A stretch of DNA of 63,272 bases, counting the filler, from Octopus bimaculoides (taxonomy: Eukaryota): NCBI RefSeq assembly GCF_001194135.2. It is 7 parts of 6 records of this genome, joined end to end, with 100 filler letters (N's around TTAATTAATTAA, not from the genome) between each part and the next. Parts side by side here need not be neighbours in the genome. Positions count along the whole stretch, not along the records: positions 60,564 to 63,272 come from NC_068984.1; 6 more parts are not named here. One strand, given 5' to 3'. Each line of letters begins with the position of its first letter. Position 1 is the stretch's first letter. This document shows, piece after piece, positions 61,249 to 63,272 of this stretch. Under the pieces are notes generated by a model. That model made no database searches. It saw only the letters and a program-made list of their open reading frames with translations, and had not been told where the DNA came from. Both the position numbers and the translations under genes were made by a program.

Positions 61249-61362
61249 TACATACAATGGGCTTCTTCAGTTTCCATCAACCAAATCCACTCACAAGGCT
61301 TTGGTTGGCCTGAGGCTATAGTAGAAGACACTTTGCCCAAGGTGCCACACAGTGTGACTGGA
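60968..61362 (-). mobile_element. SINE family A, nearly full length
   Basis: Both halves present around an internal (TA)n. Confidence 0.9.
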
Positions 61363-62122
61363 ATATTATGATTATGATGATGATATTACTGTAAAAAAGT
61401 GAATGTAACAAATGATAGCACAAGCTACAGGGGCCTCTCAGTTTTAAGAGGATAAGCTAGGGTTCTGTCTCAGTTTTTTTAAGACAACAAACTGAGGGCC
61501 TCCTCACACTTTTTTAAAAGTACTTCACAAAACAACACATGTTCATCTATATACATCTAACACATGTGTACAAATCTACTACACATGTGCATATATATCT
61601 AGAACGTCTACATACAACATATCTACACACAACTTTTACAGCTTATTATGTGTGTGTATATATATCTACAAACACACACACATTTATCTTCCTATCAATC
61701 TATCTTCCAACTTGTTTATTATATATTCCGTATGTGTGTTTATATGTACTTTTACAGGTGGCTGTATCACTCATCATCATCGACATGATGATGGCTGATG
61801 ATTTAATAACAGTAACACTATATATATGTGACTCAAGGGCCTAGAGTTTTGTGCTAAAGTATACCTGTTAAGAGTTTGACAAATATTTCTTGCATGAAAC
61901 TCTAGGCTCTTGAGATACTTATATAGCTGTGAAGATATATGTCCAATCCAGGCTAGCATGGACAATGGACGATAAATCACACACACACACAAAGTGAGTG
62001 GACAATTGAAAGAAAAGAGCACTCAACACATTCAGTAGGAGTTACACGTATTATTTACAACAGTTTGATTCAGTTCTATGTGACTTACAGTTTCACAGGC
62101 TTCTAACCTGTGAAAATCTAAT

Positions 62123-62342
62123 CTTTTCATTACTGTATTTCTGTCGAGATGCTCTGTCCGGTTTCTTCCAATTCATTTTAAATACAACCAAGAATTTAGT
62201 AAAATAACTTGGTTATCATTCAGCTGGTGTTAGGAACATAAATTGTGACTAAGGTTTGGTGGAATATATTAAAACAAAACTTATGTAAAGATATTTGTAC
62301 TCAGAGCCAGAGGTGGTTTCAGCTGGGTTGGTAACGAAAGGG
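62123..62342 (-). mobile_element. piggyBac-type MITE (same family as 44220-44440)
   Basis: Reverse-complement homolog; right end ggtaacgaaaggg-TTAA. Confidence 0.8.
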
Positions 62343-62653
62343 TTAAGCTGCATGGATCTGAACTGCACTGTTTTAAATAACACACACACACAAAAGTACC
62401 AATACATATCCATCTGTAGACAACATTTATAAACAAACATTATGCCATGCAAAAAGCTTTTGTTTAGATATAAACTAAAGTAGACTTCCGCTATTTTATC
62501 TCAGCATCTGAGGAAGGACAGATAAGTATCTGGTAAGGTGGTTTTGAATACACAAGGAAACTGGTTGGTTTGATCCACACCCCAAGGGACTGCAAAGGTG
62601 CCTGTGGGCCGAGGCTGAATTTCCTAGCATAAATAAAGACATATGGATAGCAT

Positions 62654-62712
<59 letters not shown>

Positions 62713-62734
62713 GTAGTGGAGGTGTAGTGTAGCT

Positions 62735-63035
62735 GTGAGAAAAAGATTAGGCTGGGCAAAGTTCAGAGAGCTCCTACCTCTGTTGGCAACAAAGGGCCTC
62801 TCCCTCAGAGTGAAAGGCAGATTGTATGATGTCTGTATGTGAACAACTATGCTACGCAGCAGTGAAATAAGGGCTGTGACTGCTGAGGACATGCGTAGGC
62901 TCGAAAGAAATGAAGCCAGTATGCTTCACTGGATGTAATGTCAGTGTGCATCTTCAAAAGAGTGTAAGCATGTCGAGGGAAAAGTTAGGCATAAGTAGCA
63001 TCAGATGTGGTGTGCAAGAGAGATGACTGTACTGG
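62735..63035 (+). mobile_element. RTE-clade LINE RT C-terminal fragment
   Basis: RLGWAKFRELLPLLATKGLSLRVKGRLYDVC..AVTAEDMRRLERNEASMLHWM. Confidence 0.9.
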
Positions 63036-63037
63036 TA

Positions 63038-63272
63038 TCATCATCATCATCATCATCATCGTTTAACGTCTGCTTTCCATGCTAGCATGGGTTGGACGAT
63101 TTGACTGAGGACTGGTGAAACCGGATGGCAACACCAGGCTCCAGTCTGATTTGGCAGAGTTTCTACAGCTGGATGCCCTTCCTAACGCCAACCACTCAGA
63201 GAGTGTAGTGGGTGCTTTTACGTGTCACCCGCACGAAAACGGCCACGCTCGAAATGGTGTCTTTTATGTGCC
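63038..63272 (-). mobile_element. RTE-LINE 3' end abutting the preceding RTE in opposite orientation (continues past window)
   Basis: (CAT)n-cgtttaacgtctgctttccatgctagcatggg...gcccttcctaacgccaaccactc is the reverse complement of the 15734-15992 type UTR. Confidence 0.9.

Noticed and set aside
1-63272. CRISPR arrays, operons or other prokaryotic systems
   Set aside because: No repeat-spacer arrays or gene-dense tracts; the content is eukaryotic repeat DNA throughout.

Overview
AT-rich, gap-ridden eukaryotic draft-genome window. The tRNA-derived SINE families, RTE LINE tails and extreme microsatellite load look like a cephalopod (Octopus-like) genome; this is inference from repeat content. I could not confidently identify any intact host protein-coding gene. 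There is no CRISPR, rRNA or prokaryotic signal, and most listed ORFs are microsatellite or N-gap artefacts. The window is a mosaic of decayed mobile DNA: two TIR-bounded Tc1/mariner copies plus several fragments, a pogo/Tigger remnant, piggyBac and hAT MITEs, RTE, RLE-type (R4/Dong-like) and APE-type LINE fragments, Penelope-like (PLE) GIY-YIG remnants and about 25 SINE copies. The most interesting signal is RNA-level. At least seven minimal type-I hammerhead ribozyme (HHR) motifs from about five repeat families are visible. They include (i) a tRNA-headed, SINE-like element whose 3' half carries an HHR (two copies), (ii) an HHR with an intact core nested inside one of those copies, and (iii) a family whose two independent copies share a U at core position 6. 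Also notable are an 840-bp foldback palindrome, an ancient ~1.8-kb tandem duplication that appears to have diverged as coding sequence, and a LINE 5' region with tandem CCCH zinc fingers.
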